DNA of 64,000 nt from an uncultured Saprospiraceae bacterium (GCA_964564545.1 CAZMBP010000028.1:62046-126045); one strand, 5' to 3'. Numbered from the stretch's first letter, positions 26,217-36,460 are shown. Program-made: numbers and translations. Notes: a model not told the origin generated them from the sequence alone.

Positions 26217-27518
26217 ATGAAGGATAGATTTCTATATCTTTCTACTCTACACAACTCAGACGGATTTGGAAATCCGTACTACAAACTAGAATTCATGAAA
26301 GTAAAAAAAGTACAATTTAAAAATGCGAGTGGTTACATCCTTTCAGCTCGATTAGAATTTCCTCCAGACAGTCATCCATATGCTTTTGCGATTTTTGCAC
26401 ATGTTTTTACAGGTAACAAAAGCTTATCGGCTACTCGGCATATTAGCCGGTCATTGACCCAGCATGGTATTGGAGTTTTACGATTTGATTTTACGGGACT
26501 GGGGGAAAGTGAAGGGGATTTTGCAGATACAAATTTCACCTCCAACGTAGATGATCTATTAGCTGCTTCTAAATTTTTGGAAGAAAATTATCAAGCTCCT
26601 CGAATTTTGATTGGACACTCTTTGGGTGGAGCAGCGGTGATTTTTGCAGCTTCACAATTGGATTCAATTCAGGCCGTGGCGACCGTTGGTGCACCTTCTG
26701 AGCCAGAACATGTCACCCATCTTTTGAAAGACAAAATTGAAGATATTGAAAAAACAGGCGTGGCGAATGTCTCCATTGGTGGTAGAAATTTCATGATAAA
26801 AAAACAATTCTTGGATGACCTCCGAAGCAAGGATATGTTTAAAATTTTAAGGGATTTAAAAAAGCCAATTTTGGTTTTACATTCTCCTCAAGACAATGTT
26901 GTTGAAATTGAGAATGCTGCAAAAATTTATCATGCAGCTTATCATCCAAAAAGTTTCGTTTCGCTTGATGGAGCAGATCATATGCTTTCCAAAAAAGGAG
27001 ATGCTGCCTATGTGGGCGAATTAGTTGGTTCGTGGATGACTCGTTATGTGATTGCTCCTCCGGTAGAAAGATTAAAAACTGATGCGCAAGTTGCGGTTAA
27101 GTTAGGCGATGTCGGTTTTACCGCTGAGATTCAAGCTGGCCAACATGGATTGATTGCTGATGAAGGTGAAGAAGTTGGCGGAGATGATTTTGGTCCTTCG
27201 CCCTATCAATATCTTTCAGCAGCTTTGGGAGCGTGTACGGTGATGACTTTGCAGATGTATGCACGACGAAAGAAATGGGATTTAAAAGAAGTAAGAGTGC
27301 ATATCGATCATGGAAAAAAATATTCAGATGATTGCAAAGAGTGTGTGGAATTTAGCAAAGAAATAAAAATCGACCATTTCGAAAAAGTAATTGAACTTGA
27401 AGGAGACTTAAGTGATGAACAAATTAATCGCTTGCTCGAAATTGCAGATCGTTGTCCTGTACATCGAACTTTGCACAAGGAAGTGAAAATTATTACTCGA
27501 CTCAAAGAAACTGTTTAA
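26217..27518 (+). CDS. Bifunctional alpha/beta hydrolase / OsmC-family protein
   Basis: The N-terminal half has GHSLGG. The C-terminal half has GPSPYQYLSAALGACTVMT ... ADRCPVHRTL (OsmC-type Cys pair). The likely true start is ATG 26295 (MKVKKVQF). Confidence 0.8.
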   Translation: MKDRFLYLSTLHNSDGFGNPYYKLEFMKVKKVQFKNASGYILSARLEFPPDSHPYAFAIFAHVFTGNKSLSATRHISRSLTQHGIGVLRFDFTGLGESEGDFADTNFTSNVDDLLAASKFLEENYQAPRILIGHSLGGAAVIFAASQLDSIQAVATVGAPSEPEHVTHLLKDKIEDIEKTGVANVSIGGRNFMIKKQFLDDLRSKDMFKILRDLKKPILVLHSPQDNVVEIENAAKIYHAAYHPKSFVSLDGADHMLSKKGDAAYVGELVGSWMTRYVIAPPVERLKTDAQVAVKLGDVGFTAEIQAGQHGLIADEGEEVGGDDFGPSPYQYLSAALGACTVMTLQMYARRKKWDLKEVRVHIDHGKKYSDDCKECVEFSKEIKIDHFEKVIELEGDLSDEQINRLLEIADRCPVHRTLHKEVKIITRLKETV

Positions 27519-27593
27519 AAAACGATTGACGTTGAACGTCTTACGTTTTACGATCCACTACGTAATTGCTATTTTGAATAAATTTTATTTTTT

Positions 27594-27845
27594 ATGGAAA
27601 AAAAATATGTTCCCATCAATTGTGATTTCTATGATGAAATAGAAATACGTGCAATGCGCAAAAGTAAAACCACAGTAGTTTATCTTTCTGAAAATGAAGA
27701 ACAAACAACTATTAAAGGAGTCATCAAAAACGTTTATGCGAAAAATAAAGAAGAATTTTTGGAAATGGAAAGTGGATTGATCTTTCGATTGGATAGATTG
27801 ATTTCCTTAGATGGAAAGGTTGTTCCAGGTAGTTGTGAAATATAA
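27594..27845 (+). CDS. rof: Rof (Rho-binding antiterminator, YaeO) family protein
   Basis: The N-terminus YVPINCDFYDEIEIRA parallels E. coli Rof YQPINCDDYDNLELAC. The length is 83 aa. Confidence 0.6.
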   Translation: MEKKYVPINCDFYDEIEIRAMRKSKTTVVYLSENEEQTTIKGVIKNVYAKNKEEFLEMESGLIFRLDRLISLDGKVVPGSCEI

Positions 27846-27883
27846 AAAGAGGACGAATTGTATTAAAATAATTCGTCCTCTTT
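27846..27883. terminator. Bidirectional terminator between convergent genes
   Basis: Perfect 14-bp stem aaagaggacgaatt / aattcgtcctcttt with A/T runs on both sides. Confidence 0.75.
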
Positions 27884-27898
27884 TCTTTATAAAGAAAT

Positions 27899-29005
27899 TT
27901 ATTGTATCAATAATTTTTCCACTTCGACTAAATTCTGATTTTCAAATATAGATACAAAGTAAATTCCTACAGGTAATTCGGGGAAATCAAACCTATAACT
28001 TCCGTCAGCATTTTGATTATTTAAATTTGCTTCAAAAGCTACGGCTCCCATTGAGTTAACAATGTGTACACGTTTTTCCAAATTATTGTTATTTGGATAT
28101 GTAATATTTAAAGTCTGATTATTCTTAATTGGATTTGGAAAAATACTTAGCGTTCCTTCTCTATCTACTTTCACAGACTTAACATTGGAAAATGTAATTC
28201 TTCCATCCAAATCAACTTGCTTCAATCGATAATAACTGAATTGATTTAAGATAGGTAATCTATCTTCGAATTCATAATCAATTACTTCTATAGAATTTCC
28301 AGCAGAAAAAACTCGTCCAATACTTTCAAACTCGCTCTCGTTTTGACTTCTTTCTATTTCAAAGTAATCACTATTTTCCTCTGATTGAGTTTGCCAATTT
28401 AATTTTACTATTTCATCTTCCATTGGCTTTACATCGAAGTAAGATAGTTCTACAGGGAGAGGAATACTAGCCGAAGATCCAGCGTAAGCATTATCACCTG
28501 AATTTGCTCCTGAAGCTCCGTCTGCAGCATTTCCTGTATAAAAAAACTGGATATTGGCAGGACCGCCAGAAGAAGGAGCTGTCCAATCAAATGACCATGT
28601 GACAGAATTAGAACCAGAAAAATTCTTAGGTGTACTTTGAATAAGGCGGTCAGTAGAACCGACTATTCTTGTCCCTGTTGGCTCAGAGAATGTTCCTACT
28701 TGGGAACCATTTGTACCATTAGTAGCAACAATTTGAAAGCCTCCTCTCGCATTTGGGTTTCCGCTCGCATTTTCATCTGTTAGGGTAAGTACTAATGGAT
28801 AAGTTGTCCCCTCTACATATGCTGTTGGAACTCCGGTAAGTGTAATACCACTACTACCTCCTGCACCTGATCCTGTATGACAATTACTACAGAGACCATC
28901 ACCAGGTGCACCCGCTCGATTACTTTCTATTCCTCCTGAACTTGATGAGAATAAAAAAGCGAAAAAAAGTAAAGCAAACAAGGTGTAAATAAATCTAAAC
29001 TTCAT
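27899..29005 (-). CDS. Secreted protein with a single CxxCH motif and a type-A T9SS CTD
   Basis: A signal peptide is followed by NRAGAPGDGLCSNCHTGSG. There is a mid-protein ELSYFD...YYRLKQVDLDG domain. The C-terminus reads FPNPIKNNQTLNI...VGIYFVSI. Confidence 0.75.
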   Translation of the reverse strand: MKFRFIYTLFALLFFAFLFSSSSGGIESNRAGAPGDGLCSNCHTGSGAGGSSGITLTGVPTAYVEGTTYPLVLTLTDENASGNPNARGGFQIVATNGTNGSQVGTFSEPTGTRIVGSTDRLIQSTPKNFSGSNSVTWSFDWTAPSSGGPANIQFFYTGNAADGASGANSGDNAYAGSSASIPLPVELSYFDVKPMEDEIVKLNWQTQSEENSDYFEIERSQNESEFESIGRVFSAGNSIEVIDYEFEDRLPILNQFSYYRLKQVDLDGRITFSNVKSVKVDREGTLSIFPNPIKNNQTLNITYPNNNNLEKRVHIVNSMGAVAFEANLNNQNADGSYRFDFPELPVGIYFVSIFENQNLVEVEKLLIQ

Positions 29006-29181
29006 AGTTATTTGTTTTTGAATAGTGAAAAAAGTTAGTAAAATTTAAATCGGAGTCTGAGGGAAGATATTCGGTTGGAACTAATAAATATATTAAATTT
29101 TCAAATAAATACCTATTGAAACCTTTACAATTTTTATTATTAAAAAAATATCGCTCTAATTTCTTTTTTATATATAAAAGA

Positions 29182-29212
29182 ACCCTTGTTTGCCATTTTA
29201 GCAAACAAGGGT
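29182..29212 (-). terminator. Stem-loop terminator downstream of the esterase gene
   Basis: acccttgtttgc / gcaaacaagggt (12 bp), with a T-run on the minus strand. Confidence 0.55.
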
Positions 29213-29247
29213 CATTCAAAAATGATATTTTTTAAAATCTCTCTTAC

Positions 29248-30495
29248 TTAATTAAAAACAATTTTCCGAGTCAAAGGAACAATCATCTCATCTTCAAACA
29301 ATACATTTACAAAAAACATCCCTCTCCCAATTTTACTTTTTTCCAAAGAAAGAATACTTTCATTCTTCATTTCAAAATGATTGACCATTCTGCCTAATTG
29401 ATCAAAAACTTGAACAGAATAATCACTCTCTATTTTTCCAAAATCAAAATACATTAAATCATTCGATGGATTAGGATAGATGTCCAACTCTTGTTGAACT
29501 CTTGCAACCTCAATAGTATTCGTAACTTGAAAATCAGGACACATTTGATTTTGTAAAAACATATGGCTGTTAGACTCAAAATCTGCCAATGCACTTGCAT
29601 AAAAAAGATCAGAATGAATATCTAAATGCCCTCCATCTTCTACTGACATTAAATAGTTTGGAAGTGCAGCTGCATCTGCTTGAACATGCAATAATCCGCT
29701 TCCATCTATCTCCGCAAGATTATTAGCTAAGCCATTCATAAAAGGAACTGTTGAATCGCTTTCTCCATGGTAACTAACCAATGGCGCCGTTTCATCTACA
29801 TCAAGCCATTCCTTTTCTCGCAATCCTCCTGAAAGATTATATACTGCGAATACGTCTGATGAATAACTCTGATTGTCAGCATCACCAGTATCTCCTTCGT
29901 AACCTCCATTTGCATTTATTATATCCAATGTATTTGAATTTACATCATCATTCTCATCAAGATATGCAACATGAGTTGCTGTAATTGCTCCTGCTGAATA
30001 TCCGCCTACCAAAATATAATCTGAATTAATTTTATACACATTATCAGTTGCGGCATCTTGTCGAAAAAAACGAACTGCAGCTTTCATATCTGCAACTGCA
30101 CGCATGACCGCTTTAGTTGCTCCAGTTTCATTAAATTCAAATACTGGAATTCCCAATCGATAATCAATCGTTGCGGCTACATAACCTTTTTTTACAAACT
30201 GCTCACAATATTCTGCCATATCCTCTCTAAATCCAAATAAAAAACTTCCTCCAAATGCAAAAATAATAACAGGTCGCTGCTCATGAACATCTCCTACCGG
30301 TTCATAAATATCCATCTTTAAATCCTGATTGAATCCCAAAATATTTGTATTAGAACCATAAGTAACTGTGCTAACTGTAAAATCAGAAAATACATCATCA
30401 ATGTATCTTTCTCCATCACAGGCTAGTTCACTTTGAGCAAAAGAAATTTGGGAAATACAAAATAAAAGAAAGATTAAAGAGTAGATCTTTTTCAT
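29248..30495 (-). CDS. Secreted alpha/beta hydrolase (carboxylesterase/lipase-like) with T9SS CTD
   Basis: It has a signal peptide, the GxSxG elbow GGYSAGA and an HGESDSTVP segment. The C-terminus reads IYPNPSNDLMYFDF...GMFFVNV. Confidence 0.75.
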   Translation of the reverse strand: MKKIYSLIFLLFCISQISFAQSELACDGERYIDDVFSDFTVSTVTYGSNTNILGFNQDLKMDIYEPVGDVHEQRPVIIFAFGGSFLFGFREDMAEYCEQFVKKGYVAATIDYRLGIPVFEFNETGATKAVMRAVADMKAAVRFFRQDAATDNVYKINSDYILVGGYSAGAITATHVAYLDENDDVNSNTLDIINANGGYEGDTGDADNQSYSSDVFAVYNLSGGLREKEWLDVDETAPLVSYHGESDSTVPFMNGLANNLAEIDGSGLLHVQADAAALPNYLMSVEDGGHLDIHSDLFYASALADFESNSHMFLQNQMCPDFQVTNTIEVARVQQELDIYPNPSNDLMYFDFGKIESDYSVQVFDQLGRMVNHFEMKNESILSLEKSKIGRGMFFVNVLFEDEMIVPLTRKIVFN

Positions 30496-30527
30496 GTAAA
30501 AGAAGGTTTTGTGATTTTTTAAATGAT

Positions 30528-30570
30528 AAAATATCTTAGTTCAATTCCGAAAATTGAACTAAGATATTTT
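30528..30570 (-). terminator. Perfect 19-bp hairpin terminator
   Basis: aaaatatcttagttcaatt / aattgaactaagatatttt with loop ccgaa. It lies 3' of the beta-barrel gene. Confidence 0.7.
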
Positions 30571-30619
30571 AGGTAATTATGAATAAGAACTTATAAGTGA
30601 GTGAGGTTTATTTTTTCAT

Positions 30620-31939
30620 CTAAAATAGCAAATTCAAACCTCCTCGGAAATTTACATTAGAACTTTTGTAAGGTTGAAAAACTCCAATAACATTATCTGC
30701 TGTAGCAAATAATTGAAAGGCTTTATAATTCATTGCAAAATTCAAACCGAGGTTAAGAAAACTATCCTTTCGAGCTGAATAAGTTGCGCCAACATTAAAG
30801 ATGTTTTTAAACTTAGTATTGGCACTCAAACCTAGCACAGGAAAATGTTCACCTCTATAATTTTCATAATAAAGTAATCCACCAACTCTCGTTTTTTCAT
30901 TCAACTGATAGGTTCCACTTAGGTAGATTTTGACAGGCATATTTGTTGAGTAACTTTCACTTTCTTCAGAAAAATTAAAAGTATTTTGGAGAGTATCTAA
31001 AATGTTGCCGAATGAAATAGAATCATTTCCAACAAACTGCGAAAAATCAAATCCATCGTAATTGGTTGCTCCTTGATTTACATATTTGTTTACATTTTCT
31101 TTCCAATTAATTTTTCCTAAATCCAAAACACTTGCGGATAAATTCAACTTATCATTTACTTCATAAGTTACTCCTAAGTCGATTGCAACGCCTATATTTT
31201 CAGTAATAAAGTCATTAAAACTAAATGTACTTAAACTTAAATTAAAGTTATCTAAATCCTCCACATTTACTAAGCCAGAAGCATCTAAAGAATAATCTCC
31301 ATCAAGTGTCAATTGGTACACATCATCGTCTGTAAAAAGAGAAAGCTTTCCTTTTTCAACTGATGCATTGGCAACTCCGGTTAATAATTTCACCCGAGCT
31401 CCTACATTTAATTTATTTAATTGCATAGCTCCGCTAAACCCAAATTCATTGTACGATATCAAATTCATATCGTGACTTAAGTCAATTTCTTGTCCCACAA
31501 ATTGACCATTCCCTTCGAGAAACAATTGAGCTAAAGTTTTAGGATATTTCAAGTACATATCTGTTTTTTGTACATGATTTAATCCTAGCTGAAATTTTCC
31601 AAATCGGTACCCAATATTAAATGTTTCCACTTCCATGATTCCACGCAAAACATTATCTACACTTGGCAAATCAGACAAAGCCTCTCCTGGTTTGATCCCG
31701 TCTTCTTCATTTAAATAATCTACAATAAATGAATTAAAATCACCCGCAGTATTATAATAATTAAAATGAACACCAGGAAGGCCTACAACTATTGTTGAAT
31801 CAGAAATGTAGGCAGGATTAGTTTTTGAGGATTGCCAGATATCCATAAAATGCAAACCTACTTGTTGTTGAGAAAATGTAATTGTATTGTTACAAAAAAC
31901 AAAAAGAGTAGCAAAAATTAAAAAACGGTATTTGAACAT
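30620..31939 (-). CDS. Outer-membrane beta-barrel protein, distantly PorP/SprF-like (tentative)
   Basis: The signal peptide starts at internal ATG 31939. The track ORF extends to 31981. FSQQQ...NPAY is near the N-terminus. The sequence shows an alternating beta-strand pattern and a C-terminal ...GGLNLLF. Confidence 0.55.
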   Translation of the reverse strand: MFKYRFLIFATLFVFCNNTITFSQQQVGLHFMDIWQSSKTNPAYISDSTIVVGLPGVHFNYYNTAGDFNSFIVDYLNEEDGIKPGEALSDLPSVDNVLRGIMEVETFNIGYRFGKFQLGLNHVQKTDMYLKYPKTLAQLFLEGNGQFVGQEIDLSHDMNLISYNEFGFSGAMQLNKLNVGARVKLLTGVANASVEKGKLSLFTDDDVYQLTLDGDYSLDASGLVNVEDLDNFNLSLSTFSFNDFITENIGVAIDLGVTYEVNDKLNLSASVLDLGKINWKENVNKYVNQGATNYDGFDFSQFVGNDSISFGNILDTLQNTFNFSEESESYSTNMPVKIYLSGTYQLNEKTRVGGLLYYENYRGEHFPVLGLSANTKFKNIFNVGATYSARKDSFLNLGLNFAMNYKAFQLFATADNVIGVFQPYKSSNVNFRGGLNLLF

Positions 31940-32023
31940 TTTTTCTTTTTTAAAATTTTTAAAACGTTGGACGTTAAACATTGGGCGGTCTCTCCAACAT
32001 GAATGGGTTGACCGTCAACCGCT

Positions 32024-33559
32024 TTACTTCGTTCCTACTTTCATTCCCATTCGAATATTGACATCTTGATCTGTTTTCAAATTGACAATTGGAGTAGGCG
32101 AATTATTTACATCTGTCGTAAAAAATGTTCCATCAATGATCATTTTTTTAGCTTTCCTAATATTCTCAAATTGAGTTGTATTGATTGTAGAGAATGTTTC
32201 TTTTATGGTTACTTCACCTGTAACGTCCCCATTGCTATCCACAGGTGCTGCTGTCAATATATTTTCATCCGTAGTATAAAGTGAATCAATTAAAATTTCA
32301 TTTCCCATTTCATCTTCTCCTACAAAATAAACTTGTATGTCAATTCCTAAAGGAATTTCATTTTCAGCAACCATTTTGAATTCTATATATTCAACTTGAT
32401 CATATTGCTCAAAATTCACATTAAAAGTATCTCTTCCCTTAAAGTTTCTCACGTGTCCTTTAAAGGGTAAATCAACTATGACTTGTACTTGGAAATAACT
32501 GGAGTCAGTCATAAAACCTATCACCTGAGTTTGGTCTGGATTTGAAATGGCATCCACATCGTAATCCACAGATACTGGTCCAGAACTCAATACATCCACC
32601 ACATTTGAATTTGTTTTATCAAAATCAAAAATGGTCGTTTTAATTTCTCCAACTTCATCCAAAGCAGGATAATCAAAGTCAATTCCATCTTGTATGTAGG
32701 AACTTTCCAAAGTAATATTGCTTCCATCGATCGTAAGTATCTCAAGCGTATTTACCACAGACTGAACTGGAAATCCAAATCCATTTTCTACCATAATTTG
32801 AATTACTGGATCTTCAAAATAAACATCTCCTTGTACCCAATTTTCAAAAAATTCAATTTCAATGGTATCTCTTGCCAAATCTAATATTTCTTGTCCCCAA
32901 TATCCTTCTGCATAGGAAAATTCTAGATTTGAAATACCAATTGCATGTGTATTTGGAAAAACAATTCTCTCGCCATCACTCTCTCTATAGGCTTCGTAAA
33001 TAATTGTTAGCTCATCATTATTAGTTGTCAAGTCGTAACCACTCAATGAAATAAAAGGAAATATTGGCCACGAACTACCTGATGTTCCAACCGAGTCAAT
33101 CAACCTGTTCAATTCTAGTACTTGACCATTCTTAGTTAATTCAGGAATACGCAAGGTGACATCTATTTTTTCGGCAAAGGGGTTATCTATCACGACTCCT
33201 AGATTACCTGCCTTGATTTTACTCAATGTAATATCTAAAGTACCTGGTAGATCAAATGGAAAAGTAGTAACAGAATCAACTAAATTAATCGGGAGGATTG
33301 GAATAAAGTCAAATAATTCATTCCCGGTCCGCTTCGCCACATTACCTTGGTACCTGAGGGTTACAGTTCCTTCTGCTCCCATTACAATCGAAGTCTCCTC
33401 ATTGATGCCATCTAAAAGATTAGTCAAATTTGTTGTGGAATAAAAAAGAGGAACCGCTATTTCTCTTTTAGAATCTATCGGATCATCAAATCCACCTTTA
33501 CAACCAATCATTAATGTTATACTCACTAAGAGAAATAGTTGAAGTAAAATATTTTTCAT
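32024..33559 (-). CDS. Hypothetical lipoprotein (511 aa)
   Basis: Lipobox LVSITLMIGC. I recognised no family. It is co-directional with, and 42 nt upstream of, the beta-barrel gene. Confidence 0.65.
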   Translation of the reverse strand: MKNILLQLFLLVSITLMIGCKGGFDDPIDSKREIAVPLFYSTTNLTNLLDGINEETSIVMGAEGTVTLRYQGNVAKRTGNELFDFIPILPINLVDSVTTFPFDLPGTLDITLSKIKAGNLGVVIDNPFAEKIDVTLRIPELTKNGQVLELNRLIDSVGTSGSSWPIFPFISLSGYDLTTNNDELTIIYEAYRESDGERIVFPNTHAIGISNLEFSYAEGYWGQEILDLARDTIEIEFFENWVQGDVYFEDPVIQIMVENGFGFPVQSVVNTLEILTIDGSNITLESSYIQDGIDFDYPALDEVGEIKTTIFDFDKTNSNVVDVLSSGPVSVDYDVDAISNPDQTQVIGFMTDSSYFQVQVIVDLPFKGHVRNFKGRDTFNVNFEQYDQVEYIEFKMVAENEIPLGIDIQVYFVGEDEMGNEILIDSLYTTDENILTAAPVDSNGDVTGEVTIKETFSTINTTQFENIRKAKKMIIDGTFFTTDVNNSPTPIVNLKTDQDVNIRMGMKVGTK

Positions 33560-33947
33560 GAATTATTTTTTTACAAAAATCGAAAAAAAAATGTGAATTG
33601 AATGTAAGCCATTAGGCTTATTCAATTTTTGGGAAAAGATCAAAGGATTTAAAAAAAGTAGGTTAAAGATAGGTATAGTTAGGAAAGACTTCTCTGATTA
33701 TGTATCGAAATTGAATCAAAAAAGCTGCTTGTCAAACGATAATTTGTCTTTCTCTATTATGTTTCTAGAGGTTTTATGTAAGAAGTTGTTTAAAACCAAA
33801 TAGAAGCAAATTACTTCCATGAAACTATCTTCTAGTTTCGGTCACGCAAATTTAATTAGAAAGGTTGGGTAAAAAAAGGATTAATTGGTTTATCAGATAA
33901 TCGGGAAATCAGGATTCTACTCCCTGATTCCCCAATTAAACAATTTA

Positions 33948-35372
33948 TTATATCAATTTGACTTCTTCTGTCAACTTTGGAATTTTAACTGATTTAAAAC
34001 CATTTTCAATTAATAAATTTTTAAATTTCTTTTGCCTGTCTGGCTCACCATGCACGAGAAACAGTTTTTTTAATTTCTTTTGATTTCCCAAAAATTCAAC
34101 CATCTCGCCCCGATCTGCATGAGCTGAAAATGAATCCATAATTTCAATCTCCATATTGACAATCTTCCATTCACCAAACATTTTTACTTTTTCAACTCCT
34201 TGTCTTAATATTCCACCCAAGGTATTTGGGGCGCAATATCCTACTATCAATAAAGTGTTTTTTTCTTTATCGATATTATTAAAAAGGTGATGTCGAATTC
34301 TTCCCGCAGTCATCATTCCAGATGCGCTAATGATTATACAAGGTTCATTAGAGTTATTTAATGATTTCGAAATGGCTACTTCTCGCACATAAGTTAAGCG
34401 ATTAAAACCAAAAGGATTATTATCAATCAATAAGTATTCATTCAAATTGTTATCATAACATTCTGGATGCGATCCAAATACTTGCGTCGCATTCACAGCC
34501 AATGGACTATCGACATAGACTGGAATTTTGGGTAAATGTCCTGCCGTTTCCATCTGATCTAGCATATATACAATCTCTTGTGTCCGTCCAACACTAAATG
34601 CGGGGATGATTAATTTTCCTTTTTTCTCAACACAAGTTTTTTTAATAATTTCTAACAGCCGATCTTCTTCCGCAGGTTTTGCCATATGATCTTTATCCCC
34701 GTAAGTTGATTCACAAATCATATAATCTACCTCTGGCATCTGAACGGGATCTCTCAATATTGGTCGATCAGGCCGTCCAATATCTCCTGTAAAGCCAATC
34801 ATAGTTTCTTTTCCATCAATGTTAACCCTTATCGTCACATTCGCACTTCCTAAAATATGACCTGCATCTCGAAATAACATTTCTACACTTTCATTCACTC
34901 GATGCCAACGATTGTATCCCAAACCAACAAATAAATCCATTGCAGGTGGAACATCCTCGCTGGTATACAATGGTGTTCTAAATTTTATGTTTTTAAGTGA
35001 TTTCTTTTTCTTTTTTTGCTTTCGAGTTAATCGTTTGTTGTAATATTCTGCATCACGTTCTTGAATCTTTGCACTATCTAACAACATAATTGCACAAAGA
35101 CTTCGAGTGGCATGGGTACATAAAATATCTCCTTGAAAACCATCACGAACTAATTTTGGAATTCGTCCACAATGATCAATATGCGAATGGGATAAAATCA
35201 TTAAATCGATTTCGCTTGGGTTAAAATACCAGTTGGCATTAAAGTCATCCATTTCTTTGTCATTGCCTTGGTACAATCCGCAATCCAATAATATTTTATA
35301 TCCATTATCTAGGGTGACGAGATGAGCGCTTCCTGTGACGTGTCCGGCAGCTCCACAAAATTTAATATCCAT
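33948..35372 (-). CDS. MBL-fold beta-CASP family RNA-metabolising hydrolase
   Basis: Motifs HSHIDHCG, DAGHILGS, ESTYG and FSAHAD. The length is 474 aa. Confidence 0.8.
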   Translation of the reverse strand: MDIKFCGAAGHVTGSAHLVTLDNGYKILLDCGLYQGNDKEMDDFNANWYFNPSEIDLMILSHSHIDHCGRIPKLVRDGFQGDILCTHATRSLCAIMLLDSAKIQERDAEYYNKRLTRKQKKKKKSLKNIKFRTPLYTSEDVPPAMDLFVGLGYNRWHRVNESVEMLFRDAGHILGSANVTIRVNIDGKETMIGFTGDIGRPDRPILRDPVQMPEVDYMICESTYGDKDHMAKPAEEDRLLEIIKKTCVEKKGKLIIPAFSVGRTQEIVYMLDQMETAGHLPKIPVYVDSPLAVNATQVFGSHPECYDNNLNEYLLIDNNPFGFNRLTYVREVAISKSLNNSNEPCIIISASGMMTAGRIRHHLFNNIDKEKNTLLIVGYCAPNTLGGILRQGVEKVKMFGEWKIVNMEIEIMDSFSAHADRGEMVEFLGNQKKLKKLFLVHGEPDRQKKFKNLLIENGFKSVKIPKLTEEVKLI

Positions 35373-35621
35373 GTATGTTTACGTTTATGTTGAAGGTGTT
35401 TTAAAATGTTTGGAAAGATAATAATTTTGAATTGAAATGTTGAATTTGGTTTTCAGGTTCCCCAAAATTAAAATTTACCCTTGAAAGGAAAATTTTGCAA
35501 TGACATTTTCAATCTAAGTCCTAACTAAGACACTTATATTAAATACCTTATTTTTAAATGAAATAAAACAACTTTAATGTGTTTAGCTTAAAACAGCTTT
35601 AATTTTTGAAAAAATCGAGAC

Positions 35622-36386
35622 ATGAAATATTTAACAATATATTTAAGTACTTTAACTTTTGCGGTATTTCTTTTAAATGCATGTGCTGTTAGTAAAGTGG
35701 AATCTACTTCAAAACCAATTACTCATGAGCTTTGGGATACTTTGGTTCAAACTCACGTTTCTCCTGAAGGCAAAGTGAATTATAAAGATTTCATCAAGGA
35801 TAGTCTTAAATTAAATGCTTACCTCGATCTTCTATCTGCAAATCATCCCAATGATAAAAATTGGTCAACAGATGAACGACTCGCTTATTGGATCAATGCT
35901 TATAATGCATTTACGGTGAAGTTAATCGTAGATAATTACCCTACCGAAAGTATCAAAGACATCAAAAATGGAATACCTTTTATTAACGATGTTTGGGAAC
36001 TTAATTTTTTCGAAATAGAAGGAAATAGCTATAATCTAAATGATATTGAACATGGAATTATTCGAAAAAGATTTGCTGAACCTCGAATTCATGCTGCGTG
36101 TAATTGCGCATCTTTCTCTTGCCCAAGGCTCAGAAATGAAGCTTTCACCGCTGCTCGATTAGACGAACAATTGGAAGATCAAATGCAAGGTTTTATCAAT
36201 AATAAAACTAAAAATGAACTGGATCCTGACAATCCAAAATTGTCAAAAATATTTAGATGGTATAGTGGTGATTTTAAAAAAACGGGGAAAAGTATTCGAG
36301 AATATATCAACCAATATGCGGAAGTGAAAATTAAGGAAGGAGCTGATATTGATTATAAAGATTACATTTGGACACTCAATGAGTAG
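35622..36386 (+). CDS. DUF547 domain-containing protein (secreted/lipoprotein)
   Basis: It has a signal peptide with Cys. ERLAYWINAYNAFTV and CASFSCP are typical of DUF547. Confidence 0.7.
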   Translation: MKYLTIYLSTLTFAVFLLNACAVSKVESTSKPITHELWDTLVQTHVSPEGKVNYKDFIKDSLKLNAYLDLLSANHPNDKNWSTDERLAYWINAYNAFTVKLIVDNYPTESIKDIKNGIPFINDVWELNFFEIEGNSYNLNDIEHGIIRKRFAEPRIHAACNCASFSCPRLRNEAFTAARLDEQLEDQMQGFINNKTKNELDPDNPKLSKIFRWYSGDFKKTGKSIREYINQYAEVKIKEGADIDYKDYIWTLNE

Positions 36387-36387
36387 C

Positions 36388-36460
36388 GATTAATTTTTAA
36401 CGGTGAACGGTTAAACACCTCGTGGGGAATTAATCGTTCACCGTTAAGCATTCACCGTTA
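36388..36460. terminator. Hairpin-rich region between convergent genes
   Basis: taacggtgaacg (about 36399-36411) pairs with cgttcaccgtta (about 36438-36450). There is a second direct copy of ttcaccgtta, and cgattaatt / aattaatcg also pair. Coordinates are approximate. Confidence 0.45.

Noticed and set aside
28995-29219. 74-aa minus-strand ORF between the two T9SS cargo genes.
   Set aside because: It spans the terminator hairpin (29182-29212) and the promoter region of the downstream gene. It is AT-rich, looks non-coding and has no motifs.
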